From Lama guanicoe (lineage: Eukaryota), in contig MU053557.1 of assembly GCA_013239625.1 (NCBI GenBank), positions 4,184,123 through 4,248,122 of the forward strand: a stretch of DNA of 64,000 nucleotides, in the 5' to 3' direction. How positions within the stretch are numbered: position 1 is the stretch's first letter; the number at the start of each line of letters is the position of its first letter. The position numbers and the translations under genes are program-made. The notes beneath the pieces were generated by a model. That model was not told where the DNA came from and ran no database searches. It saw nothing but the letters and a program-made list of their open reading frames with translations. Below are positions 53,593-64,000 of this stretch, piece by piece.

Positions 53593-54628
53593 CAGCTGGT
53601 ATTTTTGTAATTTGAAAATTAAACAGTCCTGATAGATGAACTCAAACAAAAAGTTCTCTTCTCTGGAGAGAGCTGATTCTTGGATGGTTGGGAAAATAGA
53701 CAGATGTCTATCACTCTTCCTACAAGTACTACATTATTTGACTTTTTAAAACTTTGATGTAAAAAAAAAATGAAGATGATATAATTAGTCACAAAGAAGC
53801 CACAGAGTAAAAGGAGTGAAACACCAAATACGTGATTTGTGGGAGCTCTAGGGCTACCACACATAAAGATTAGTGGTTTTTTTTTCACCATGTATTTTTT
53901 TTTAAGATTAGTTTTATACAGGAATCTGGAATAGTTCTCTGTCTAAGGGGAGTTTTAAATTATGGAGGAAATCACTAGAAAGCATTGTGTACATGTGTAT
54001 ACACACACAAACATAATCAAACATGGCCTCACAGACTATTATTAAAAGATATGGGAAAATAGTCACAAGATATTATTAAGAGAAAAAGAGTAGAAAGCCT
54101 AACAGCACATTTAATAGCATCCCACTTATAGAAATGCCTGCGGTACAGGATTAAAAATATATGAAGAAGTTCACAAAATACTAAAGTTGTTGTCTCTTGG
54201 TAGCAGAATCATAGTTCATGCTTGCTTTTTCACTTACACTTTTCAGTATTTGTCAGATTTTCTATACTGAGTAAGTCTTATTTGATGATCAGAAAAAAAA
54301 AGCAATATGCTTTCTTTTAAATATGTTAAAAATATCTCTTAATTGAAAAGAGTCCTGAGCATTGATAACATAGCTATTTGGGAACACCAGCTGGCATCTG
54401 CTGTGTTGAGGGAGACGAAAGTCGCTGAATGTAACCACATCTGGGCTCAGAGCGATGGGAATGGAGCAGACCGACTCCAAAGGCAAACTGGGCTGTCCTC
54501 ACAGTCGTGCCGAGGACCACGCTCTCAGAGCTCAGAGTAGCAGGTGTGGCCTGAGACAAAGCTGTCAAAACAGAGAGTGCGTTCCACACACTCTAAACAG
54601 ACATGAACACAGAAACAGAGCAACTCAC

Positions 54629-54873
54629 CTCCATGTATGGGCAGCCAGCCCAGGCAGCCAGGTTTTACTCTGGCTTCTCCCATCTTCTATCCAGGGATGG
54701 ACCCAGGGAAGTGGAGTAGGGAAGACGGAGGAGCATGTGACAGGGGCATGAGGTGGCACACACTCAGGGCTGGTGTCCTTCCGCACACTGAGGCGATAAC
54801 AAAGCCTGGCTTTGTGTGTTTTACGGCTTCCAGTATCTTTCTGATCCAGAAGGCAGCCTGGGTCATAAAGTAC
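54629..54873 (-). other. Candidate spliced exon C (245 nt) of an upstream minus-strand transcript
   Basis: Acceptor ctttctttcatttttctctcctccag|G; consensus donor GAG|gtgagt; non-repetitive, GC-richer than flanks. Confidence 0.6.
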
Positions 54874-55084
54874 CTGGAGGAGAGAAAAATGAAAGAAAGT
54901 ACAAAGTTGATATAGATATTCTCTCCTGTTGGCACCAGTAAATATAATAAAGTCCCGATTAAGAACACAAAGTCAAAGAGGCGCCTTTGAAATGAATTAA
55001 CCAATTGGCTTTTAAAGACAAAGCAAAATTATCATGATCTTAGGGAGAAAATGAAGCAAAAAGAAAAAAAAAGTAAATATTTAC

Positions 55085-55137
55085 CTGTCAAATGAACTGA
55101 AAATTTGATGGCCCTTCTCCAAGCTTCATTGTATAGT
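55085..55137 (-). other. Candidate spliced exon B (53 nt)
   Basis: Acceptor ctaattatctcattttctag|A (with a branch-like ctaat); donor CAG|gtaaat. Confidence 0.5.
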
Positions 55138-56361
55138 CTAGAAAATGAGATAATTAGACAAGATCAACATTTTAAAACTTTTGGTAAGTTACACAGTAAA
55201 ATTACCAAGAGCAGGATTCTAATATAAGATTGAGACTCGTTCATTAATAGATTAGTTCTCTTGTCTGCACTTGTCCCATGCAGTTTAAAACACAAATGCT
55301 TTAAAAGGCAACAATTTGCCATTCTAGTCTAACTCTTTTCCATGCAAGTTCTCACAAAGTTTGTATCATGGCTTCTCCAAAACTCAGCATCCTTCCACTC
55401 TACACACTGCCTTCTGCAGTTGAGCAAGTCCAGTACTAGGACCTTTTTCCATGTTCCTTTTCCTTTTAGTTTCTGGCTCCTCCTTTTTCTAACAATAATG
55501 ATAATGACAGTAATAACACTGAGATAAAAGGTAAACTACTCATCTGACCCCTCAGGAACAACACCCATAAGGCTCCTGGGCATTTGTTTTTTTAAATGAG
55601 GAAACCCTTTAAATTTTCTGAGCAGCTAAAGACAAGGATGGTCTCTTGATTCATCTCTGACTCCTCAGCACCTGGTACAGCATCGGATATAAAGGATACT
55701 CAGCCACTCTTGTAAGAATAGTGAATGAAATCATGAATTCTTCAGGCCCACCAAAGTTACATACTTCACACTCCACTCTCACAAAATCCTCCTCCTTCAG
55801 GATCTTCATGCATCATGGACCCATAAGAAGCCAATATTATCTACCAGAAGGGATGGGAGATAATATGCAACTTCATTTTACTTGCCAAATTCAATTTTAT
55901 ATGCTTGTCAAAAAATAGAGAAAAACAACAGTTTAAATACATCAAGGCAATTCTGCCCTCCATTCCCGACTGCATGTCGTAGAGTTAGCACAAGATGGGA
56001 CGAGTGAATTTCGTTTCCCTTATTTGCTCTCAGTTTTCCTGGCAAACGTTTTCACTGTGCTTTGTGATTTTAGTGTCTAAAGTGATACATTTTTCATGTA
56101 ACATGTCCCCTAAATACAACCAACCAACATCACCTGACACTCAACTAAAGAAGCAGCAATCCATTCTAAGATGGAGAAGAAATCAGCTGAATTGGGTTTA
56201 TTCTGAGATAGCAGGCTGGTTTCCAATGTTGTCCTTGATAAAGAAATTTATTGACACTGTAATTTTGCCCATATGTTATTTTCACCTTTTTAATTTTGGA
56301 GACCAAGTCTAAGATGCAAGTGCACTGTAAATATCTACAAAGTCTCAGAAGAGTGATTTGT

Positions 56362-56430
56362 GATGTGTGTGAACACGTGTATGAGTGTGTGTGTGTATGT
56401 GTGTGTGTGCATAGCCACGTGCACGTGCAT
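56362..56430. repeat. TG-rich alternating purine-pyrimidine tract
   Basis: gatgtgtgtgaacacgtgtatgagtgtgtgtgtgtatgtgtgtgtgtgcatagccacgtgcacgtgcat. Confidence 0.85.
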
Positions 56431-56475
56431 TGCTGTGACAGGCAGGATGCAGCTTTAGGCAAAATGGAAACTCAC

Positions 56476-56560
56476 TTTCCATCACAGCGCTTAACATCTT
56501 GCCACTTTCGTTTTCCCTTAGTAGTTAAGAAACTCAATTTTGCAGTAACTGTACGGGTCC
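56476..56560 (-). other. Candidate spliced exon A (85 nt)
   Basis: T26 polypyrimidine tract, then GAGCAG|G (tandem NAGNAG acceptor); donor AAA|gtgagt. Confidence 0.4.
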
Positions 56561-56566
56561 CTGCTC

Positions 56567-56592
56567 AAAAAAAAAAAAAAAAAAAAAAAAAA
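56567..56592. repeat. A26 homopolymer
   Basis: 26 consecutive A with no upstream SINE or L1 body. Confidence 0.95.
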
Positions 56593-56819
56593 GAAAGGCT
56601 TTTTCCTTAAATTGGGCATATGCTCTTTTCAAAGAGAAAATGAGATCAGAACTGGAGGCAAAGAGAGTTGAGGCATTAGACCATAAAACAGTGGCCACCA
56701 GAGAAAGATGGATTCACTGAGAAAGACCTATGGAGACATACCTATGGCTTGAAAAGTACTTGTGTATTCCATCATTCACAGGAATTGAAGCTATACAGAC
56801 AGCATCCAAGTTACAAGCT

Positions 56820-56990
56820 ACATAACACTGGACAAGTGACTTCCCTGCTGTAGACCTCATCTCTAAAATGGGCATAACCATGGTACCTACCTCACAGGAT
56901 TGCAATAAAAATTAAATGAGATAATACATGTAAGTGCTAAGGTACATTATCAGGCATGCCAAATTTACTCAATAATAAGTTATTGTTATC
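56820..56990 (+). mobile_element. MIR SINE
   Basis: cctcatctctaaaatgggcataaccatggtacctacctcacaggattgcaataaaaattaaatgagataatacatgtaagtgc. Confidence 0.85.
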
Positions 56991-57049
56991 ACTCTTCAAT
57001 CATAAAATGAGGGATAAGCTTACATAGTCCCTCCCAGTTTTGATATTTT

Positions 57050-57360
57050 AGCATATCACTGTCCAAAAGAAATATATAACCTACATTTTAAATTTTCTAA
57101 TAGTGATATTTTAAAAAGTAAAAAGAAACGAGTGAAATTTGTTTTAATAATGTTTTATTTAATTGTATGTATGTGAAACATAATTTCAGCAGGTAATCAA
57201 TGTAAAAACCGTTAATGTGATATTTTGCATTCTTTTTCTTATACTGTCTTTGAAGTTGAATGTGGGTTACACCTTGAGTACATCTCAGTTTGGACTAGTT
57301 GCATCTCATGTGCCCAATAGCCACATGTGGCTGTTGACCACCATATTGAACAGCACAGTT
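57050..57360 (-). mobile_element. MER33/MER3-family hAT-Charlie element
   Basis: ctgtccaaaagaaatatataac...aaaagaaacgagtgaaatttgttttaataatg...caatagccacatgtggctgttgaccaccatattgaacagcacag. Confidence 0.8.
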
Positions 57361-57734
57361 CTGGTATAACAATGAGTTAGTTCAGTTTTAAATGTATTCA
57401 ATTTGCTTTGGCTGAAAGACATCTAGAAAGCAATGCCTCCAAGTTACTTGAAGGTTAAGCACTGAGACCGTGGATGAGAGATTAGACTAGAAATAGATAT
57501 GAAGAAGCTATCTACATTGTTAATGCCACAAGCATGGGTGACTATCACCACCAAGACTGAAATCCTTCCTAGAAGGTCATCCATTAGGTTAAGGCATTAT
57601 TAGGTCCACAAAAAGTTACAGGGAAATTCATTACCTTGAATAATGGTTGCTATCACTATTTGGATGTCTCCATAGGCAGGTGAGAGAGGAAGTGAAATTA
57701 CATTATGCTTGCATTCCTGATTAAAGCCCAGTTA

Positions 57735-58459
57735 ACCTTTTAGGGTTTTCTATATATAGTAACATGTCATTGGCGTATAGTGACACTTTTACCTCTTCTT
57801 TTCCAATTTGGATCCCTTTTATGTCTCTCTCTTGCCTGATTGCTGTGGCTAGGACTTCCAAGACTATGTTGAATAGGAGTGGTGATAGTGGGCAGCCTCA
57901 TCTTGTCCCAGATTTTAGTGGGAAGCTTTTGAGTTTTTCACCGTTGAGTACTATGCTGGCTGTATGTTTGTCATATATAGCTTTTATGATGTTGAGGTAC
58001 ATTCCCTCTATAACCACTTTAGTGAGAGTTTTTATCATAAATGGGTGTTGAATTTTATCAAATGCTTTTTCTGCATCTACTGAGATGATCATGTGGTTTT
58101 TGTCCTTTCTCTTGTTGATGTGATGTATTACATTGATTGATTTGCATATGTTGAACCACCCTTGTGTCCCTGGGATGAACCCCACTTGGTCGTGATGTAT
58201 AATCTTTTTTATGTGCTGTTGGATTCTATTTGCTAATATTTTAGTGAGGATTTTTGCATCTATGTTCATCAGTGATATTGGCTTATAATTCCCTTTTTTG
58301 GTAGTGTCTTTGCCTGGTTTTGGTATCAGGGTCATGGTGGCTTCATAGAATGAGTTTGGGAGTATTCCCTCCTTTTCAATCATCTGGGAGAGTTTTAGAA
58401 GGATTGGTATGAGTTCTTCTTTGTATGTTTGGTAGAATTCCCCGGTGAAGCCGTCCGGT
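57735..58459 (-). pseudogene. L1 ORF2 reverse-transcriptase fragment (disrupted)
   Basis: ORF 57898-58383 ([14 protein letters not shown]...[14 protein letters not shown]...[10 protein letters not shown]...[11 protein letters not shown]...SGTR). After a TGA it continues [17 protein letters not shown]...SLYANDM, with catalytic YADD read as YAND. Confidence 0.93.
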
Positions 58460-59086
58460 TACCATATGACCCAGGAATCCCGCTCCTGGGCATATATCCA
58501 GAAGGAACCCTACTCCAAAATGACACCTGCACCCCAATGTTCATAGCAGCACTATTTACAATAGCCAAGACATGGAAACAGCCCAAATGTCCATCAAGAG
58601 ATGACTGGATAAAGATATATTTATAGAATACTATTCAGCCATAAAAACCAACAACATAACACCATTTGCAGCAACATGGATACTCCTGGAGAATGTCATT
58701 CTAAGTGAAGTAAGCCAGAAAGAGAAAGAAAAATATCATATGAGATTGCTCATATGTGGAATCTAAAATAAAAAAAACACAAACAAACAAACAAAGCATA
58801 AATACAAAACAGAAACAGACTCATAGACATAGAATACAAACTTGTGGTTGCCAAGGGGGCAGGGGGTGGGAAGGGATAGACTGGGATTTCAAAATGTAGA
58901 ATAGATGAACAAGATTATACTGTACAGCACAGGGAAATATATACAAGATCTTATAGTAGCTCACAGAGAAAAAAAATGTGACAATGAATATATATCTGTT
59001 CATGTATAACTGGAAAATTGTGCTCTACCCTGGAATTTGACACAACATTGTAAAATAATTATAAATCAATAAAAAATGTTAAAAAA
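57735..59086 (+). mobile_element. Young 5'-inverted camelid L1 (inverted RT segment 57735-58459, sense 3' end 58459-59086) with 12-bp TSD
   Basis: TSD AAAGCCCAGTTA at 57723-57734 and 59087-59098; minus-strand ORF2 RT peptide; plus-strand ORF2 C-terminus ([14 protein letters not shown]), 3' UTR and poly(A). Confidence 0.95.
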
Positions 59087-60652
59087 AAAGCCCAGTTACT
59101 TAATAGTGACTGAATCCTATTTATTTTTAACAATAATTAAAAGTTAATGGACAAGCAGAGTGTAATAATCATCACAGGAATGTAAAGATAGTTTTATGTT
59201 AGTACTTGAACCAGAAAAATATTGACAATGAATTGTGAAGCAAAGAGAATTGTGTGTGTGTATGCACACACGTGCATGCACACGAGTCATGTGACCTGCT
59301 CAGGAAGGACTGACTTAGCTGCTGACCTAGGAATCTAAAAAGATTTCAAGAAGACACACATCAGAAGACAGGGAGGAAGAAGCAGACAGAATGGCAGAGC
59401 AGGAATTGATAAGATATTGAAACTGTCACCAGTGGTACTTTGGTTGATCTACCCCAAAGGGGCTGTCTAATGAGCCTTCCCACAGCCCACAGAAAAGAGT
59501 TCACTGAAATTAAACCCTTTTCAGGGCTCTACACACAGTGGAAATGGCTTCTCATTGTATCCACCTATGACACCTAGACTATGGAATGCAAAATGATGAC
59601 ACTTTTGAATTAATTTATTTTGTCTTTTAATGAGTGAAATGAAGAGCTAGATTAAGCTCCCATATGTTAATTCTGCCATACCTAGGCTTGAAGCCTGGCT
59701 CTGCTATCTGACCTGGAACCTAATCTTTCCAAACCTTGCCTTACTGAAAGGGAAACAGGGCAGCCCCTCGTTCACAGGAGTGTTGTAAGGCTTGAACGAG
59801 GCTTGCAAGCCTCTAGGCTTAGTGCCAGGCACCTCATTATTAGTTTTTAGTTTGGCAGATTATAAACAAGAATAAGCATTTGTGTGATTCTATACATTTT
59901 GCTCCATGTTATGCATTTAATTATTTGGGGTAGTTGAGGAGAAAGAATCAATAAAAATGCCAACAAGGAAGGCACTTTTAAAGAATGTTATTACCATATT
60001 CAAACATAAAATAGAAGAGAAAAATGTATTCTGGCTTCATGAGAAGATGCTTTAGTAGCTTTGTGATACCCCTGTGACACAACATTATCTTCTGCGGATG
60101 GGAATTCAATAGAAGGAAATTAAGTTCTGAGCCTCATTCAAGGGAGTTTAGCTATTAAAATATAAATGTATGGCCTCACTTATCAGATAGTTCCTGGTCC
60201 TGAGAAACTACTGTGGCCTCCCCTCTATGTACCTCAGATTTCTCACCTGTAAAAGGAGAGCATTGTACTAAGATCCCCCATCTCCTTCTGCTTCTCACAT
60301 ATTAGGATTTTACGTCTGTAGTGGAATTGAGTTCTGCAGATTTTATTAATGAGCATTTGAGAAAACAAAAATAATTAGCTTTTGGATGTCCTTCCCCACC
60401 CAGGAAGGGAGATCCTCCCTATCATTCTTGGGATTGTAGGATGCAGGATCCAAAGGAAATGATGTGGGTGAGGGTAACAGAAGGGACACGAGGATTTCGG
60501 GAGAAAGAGGGCAGAGACACTGGCAGGGAGAGTCTGCAGTTTGACAGGTGGTAGGGAGAAAGGAGGCAAAGAGAGAATTTGAAAGTCCCTAGGGATTATG
60601 CGTCCACTTCAGTTGTTGAGACATACTTAGAAAGGATTTGGTTTATTTTTAA

Positions 60653-61605
60653 TAAACAACCCAATCCAAAAATGGGCAGAAGACCTAAACAAGCAATTCT
60701 CCAAGGGAAGACATACAAATGATCAATAGACACATGAAAAAATGCTCAATATCACTAATTATCAGAGAAATGCAAATCAAAACTACAATGAGGTATCACC
60801 TCACACCAGTCAGAATGGCTGTCAGTCAAAAATCCACAAATGACAAATGCTGGAGAGGCTGTGGAGAAAGGGGAACCCTCCTACACTGCTGGTGGGAATG
60901 CAGTTTGGTGCAGCCACTGTGGAAAACAGTGTGGAGATTCCTCAAAAGACTAGGAATAGACTTACATATGACCCAGGAATCCCACTCCTGGGCTTGTATC
61001 CAGAAGGAAATCTACTTCAGGATGGCACCTGCACCCCAATGTTCATAGCATCACTATTTACAATAGCCAAAACATGGAAACAGCCTAAATGTCCATCAAC
61101 AGGTGACTGGATAAAGAAGAAGTGGTATATTTACACAATGGAATACTACTCAGCCATAAAAACTGACAACATAATGCCATTTGCAGCAACATGGATGCTC
61201 CTAGAGAATGTCATTCTAAGTGAAGTAAGCCAGAAAGAGAAAGAAAAATACCATATGAGATCGCTCATATGTGGAATCTAAAAAACAAAAACAAAAACAA
61301 ACAAACAAAAACAAAGCATAAATACAGGACAGAAATAGACTCATGGACAGAGAATACAGACTTGTGGTTACCAGGGGGGTAGAGGGTGGGAAGGGATAGA
61401 CTGGGATTTCAAAATTGTAGAATAGATAAACAAGATTACACTGTATAGCACAGGGAAATATACACAAAATGTTATGATAAATCACAGAGAAAAAAATGTG
61501 ACAATGAGTGTGTATATGTCCATGAATGACTGAAAAATTGTGCTGAACACTGGAATTTGACACAACATTGTAAAATGATTATAAATCAATAAAAAATGTT
61601 AAAAA
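60653..61605 (+). mobile_element. Young 5'-truncated camelid L1 with ~22-bp TSD
   Basis: ORF2 C-terminus ([31 protein letters not shown]...), 3' UTR, poly(A); TSD AAAGGA(T/C)TTGGTTTATTTTTAA at 60631-60652 and 61606-61627 (one mismatch). Confidence 0.96.
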
Positions 61606-62722
61606 AAAGGACTTGGTTTATTTTTAAATGGCTGAGGATAGCTGGTGTGTTTTGCTGGAATCCCAGTCCTTGACAAACCAGGGTACCCATTCTACCACCT
61701 GCTACCCGACAGCATTATCATTATCAGGTGCTTGGTAATTATCTTCCTACGAGTTGCAGACAGTCACCTAGTCAGGTTTATGCCCCTTCAGATTGATACA
61801 CCCCTCCCCACCCCACACAGACTCTAAGGTAGTCTCTGATGTGAGATTATTGACTATATCCCAAAGGTGGCTACTTGACTCCTTTGATGTAGGAAAACCT
61901 AACATGACAAACATTTAGTTATTTCCTTTTCTTATATAGTTCACAATTTTCTTTACCTAGACTCACATCCATCCTTTGCACAGGACATAAGCAATGGGTA
62001 GAATGTATTTTTTTAATTTTCAGAGGTTTAATTCCTCTCATTTTTTTCCTTGTGTGTTTCAACTCTTCTTAATGTTTTTAAATTGAAACAGGAAAATAGT
62101 TGACAACTGATGAGAGATTTCCTCCCACTCTTCCCCCTCTCCCTTTTCCGGCTAACTCCAGGACAATTTTCAAACACAGTTTAGGCACTGACTCTCCAGA
62201 AGTGCTCTTGACTTCTCTCCTTAACGACGTAACACCTTGTGCACAGCCCATTGCATTATCACCCTGTACTGAGATGACTTGCATAGGTCCCCTGACCTCC
62301 CTGGTAAGCACTATATCTTGTTCACCTCCTTTTCCACAATGCCAGGCACAGCATCTGGCACTGAGCAAGTCTCAGCAAGTACTTGTTGTCCTCAATCCCC
62401 TATGAACAGCAGATTATGAAGCAGCTCTTGAAGAATCAATCCTGTATGGTCCATTTCCCTTTGCTGAAGCCCATAGGGGTGGGAAAAATAGGGAAAGTCC
62501 CTCTCTAGGTTCCCATGGGAACCAAAATAAATGCAGTAACAATTAGAAGAGAAATGAACACACTAAAAATATCATTTAAAGAATGTCACTTCTTTAAGTA
62601 TTCACATTATACCTGCTGCCCTTTCTTTTAAGAGAATGTTTAAGACAGCTTATGAAATGATGGCTTTTTCTAACTTTCAAAGCTTACTTCCTTTATCCTA
62701 ATCATACAGTTTATTTGTATAT

Positions 62723-63071
62723 TGTTATGGACTGAATGTTTATGTCCCCCCAGAATTCATCTGTTGAAATCCTAACCCATGATGGTGAGGCCTTTGGGAT
62801 GTAATTAGGTCACGAGGGTAGAGCCATTATGAAAGGGATTTGTGTCCTTATAAGAACCAACAGGAGAGAAATGATTTTTCTCTCAGCCACGTGAGGATGA
62901 ATGAGAAGATGGCAGTCTGCAAACTAGTAAGGGGACTCTCACCAGACACCAGAACTGCAGGCACCTTGATCTTGGACTTCCCAGCCTCCAGAACTGTGAG
63001 AAATAAACATCTCTTGTTTAAGCCCCCCAGTTTATGAAATTCCGTTATAGCAGCCCAAACTGACTATGACA
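62723..63071 (+). mobile_element. MaLR solo LTR (MLT1A-like)
   Basis: TGttatggactgaatgtttatgtcccccc...caccttgatcttggacttcccagcctccagaactgtgagaaataaac...gttatagcagcccaaactgactatgaCA; TG...CA termini. Confidence 0.92.
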
Positions 63072-63117
63072 GAAATATATGTGTAACTGCAGGGTCTGTA
63101 TCTATGACCCTCTCTCT

Positions 63118-63740
63118 GTCATTTATTCACTCATTTTTTTCGCAAGTGGCCAGCAACATGTCAGACACCATGGTAGGTTCTGGGGACACAACCATGACTA
63201 AGAGAGCCAGAGGAGTTCTTCCCTCACAGACTTCACAGTCCAGCAGGAGAAACAGACAACTTAAAAAGCAAGCAAACAAATAGACTTACCAACTGCACGG
63301 GGGACATGCAGGAACTAGCAAGGAGACTAGCTGAGGGAGAGTGGGGATGGCTGTCTCTCAGGAAGAGGCATCAAAGATGAGAAGGGTCTGGTCTATGAAG
63401 ACCTGGGGGAGGACTGCCAGGCAGAGAGAGTTGATTGAGGAAGGGAGAGAAGGTTCACAAGGCCCAGAGGAGGGTACAAAAGAAGGAAACTGACTACGTG
63501 TGGTGAGAGGAATTCAGTCACTGAAGCATTATGAGCAACAGTGTGTTATAATCCAATATACACTCCAAAGATCACATGGTTGCTGCATAGAGCTGCAGTT
63601 TTGACAGGGTGAGTAACAAAATGTGAAAGCCAGGCATGAGATTTTCAAGAGGTTCAACAAGAGATGCTGGTGGTTTAGATGAGGATGGTGGTGGCAGAGA
63701 TAGGAAGATACGGATGTGCTTGAGAAATATTTTGAAAGGA
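63118..63740 (-). mobile_element. L2 LINE fragments
   Basis: catttattcactcatt (L2 tail)...ggtaggttctggggacacaacc...ccctcacagacttcacagtccagcaggaga...gagatgctggtggtttagatgagg. Confidence 0.7.
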
Positions 63741-63744
63741 CTTC

Positions 63745-64000
63745 TTGTGCCATTTCTCTGCTTGAACCCTTTGATGGCTCTTCTTATGGCTTAGAGTGTA
63801 AGCCAAGGATCCTGCAGAATCTGCACCCACCTCACTGCTCTGCCCTCCACTCCCACTCATTTGTTCCATTCCAACCACACTCACCCCCTTGCTGTCCTTG
63901 AACATTAAAGCCATGCTCTCAGCTCTTTTGTTCCCTTTGCCTGAAATGATTTTCCCCAGGATGTCTGGATATTCTCATGGTTTACCTCAACTCTTTCTAC
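63745..64000 (+). mobile_element. L2 LINE fragment (opposite orientation)
   Basis: ccatttctctgcttgaaccctttgatggctc...ccaaccacactcaccccttgctgtccttgaaca...gttccctttgcctgaaatg. Confidence 0.7.

Noticed and set aside
60719..61563. ORFs of 109, 144 and 115 aa
   Set aside because: Frameshifted L1 ORF2 C-terminus and its antisense reading.

Overview
Mammalian, AT-rich, repeat-dense genomic DNA, most likely camelid (Camelus/Vicugna/Lama). This rests on two tRNA-derived SINEs of the Vic-1 type and three young, very similar L1 3' ends. I found no convincing protein-coding exon: nearly all ORFs in the track come from L1, L2, MIR, LTR or microsatellite sequence, or from the GC-rich island. The window centres on a CpG island (~43.3-44.45 kb). 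Its GC skew flips near 44.03 kb and it carries several minus-strand splice donors, which points to the promoter and non-coding first exon(s) of a minus-strand gene whose first intron probably fills positions 1 to ~43.9 kb. I cannot name the gene. Most notable observations: (1) a ~270-bp inverted duplication (27.58-27.86 kb and 28.72-28.99 kb; 139/157 identical, ungapped, in the core), whose derived arm appears inserted into an L2 and whose mismatches mostly read as G-U wobbles on the minus strand; (2) a chain of three candidate minus-strand exons (56476-56560, 55085-55137, 54629-54873) 10-12 kb upstream of the island; (3) structurally unusual L1 insertions; (4) candidate RFX and CTCF sites. 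I see no evidence for a new multi-gene system. Repeat family names come from recalled consensus sequences, and boundaries of old repeats are approximate.
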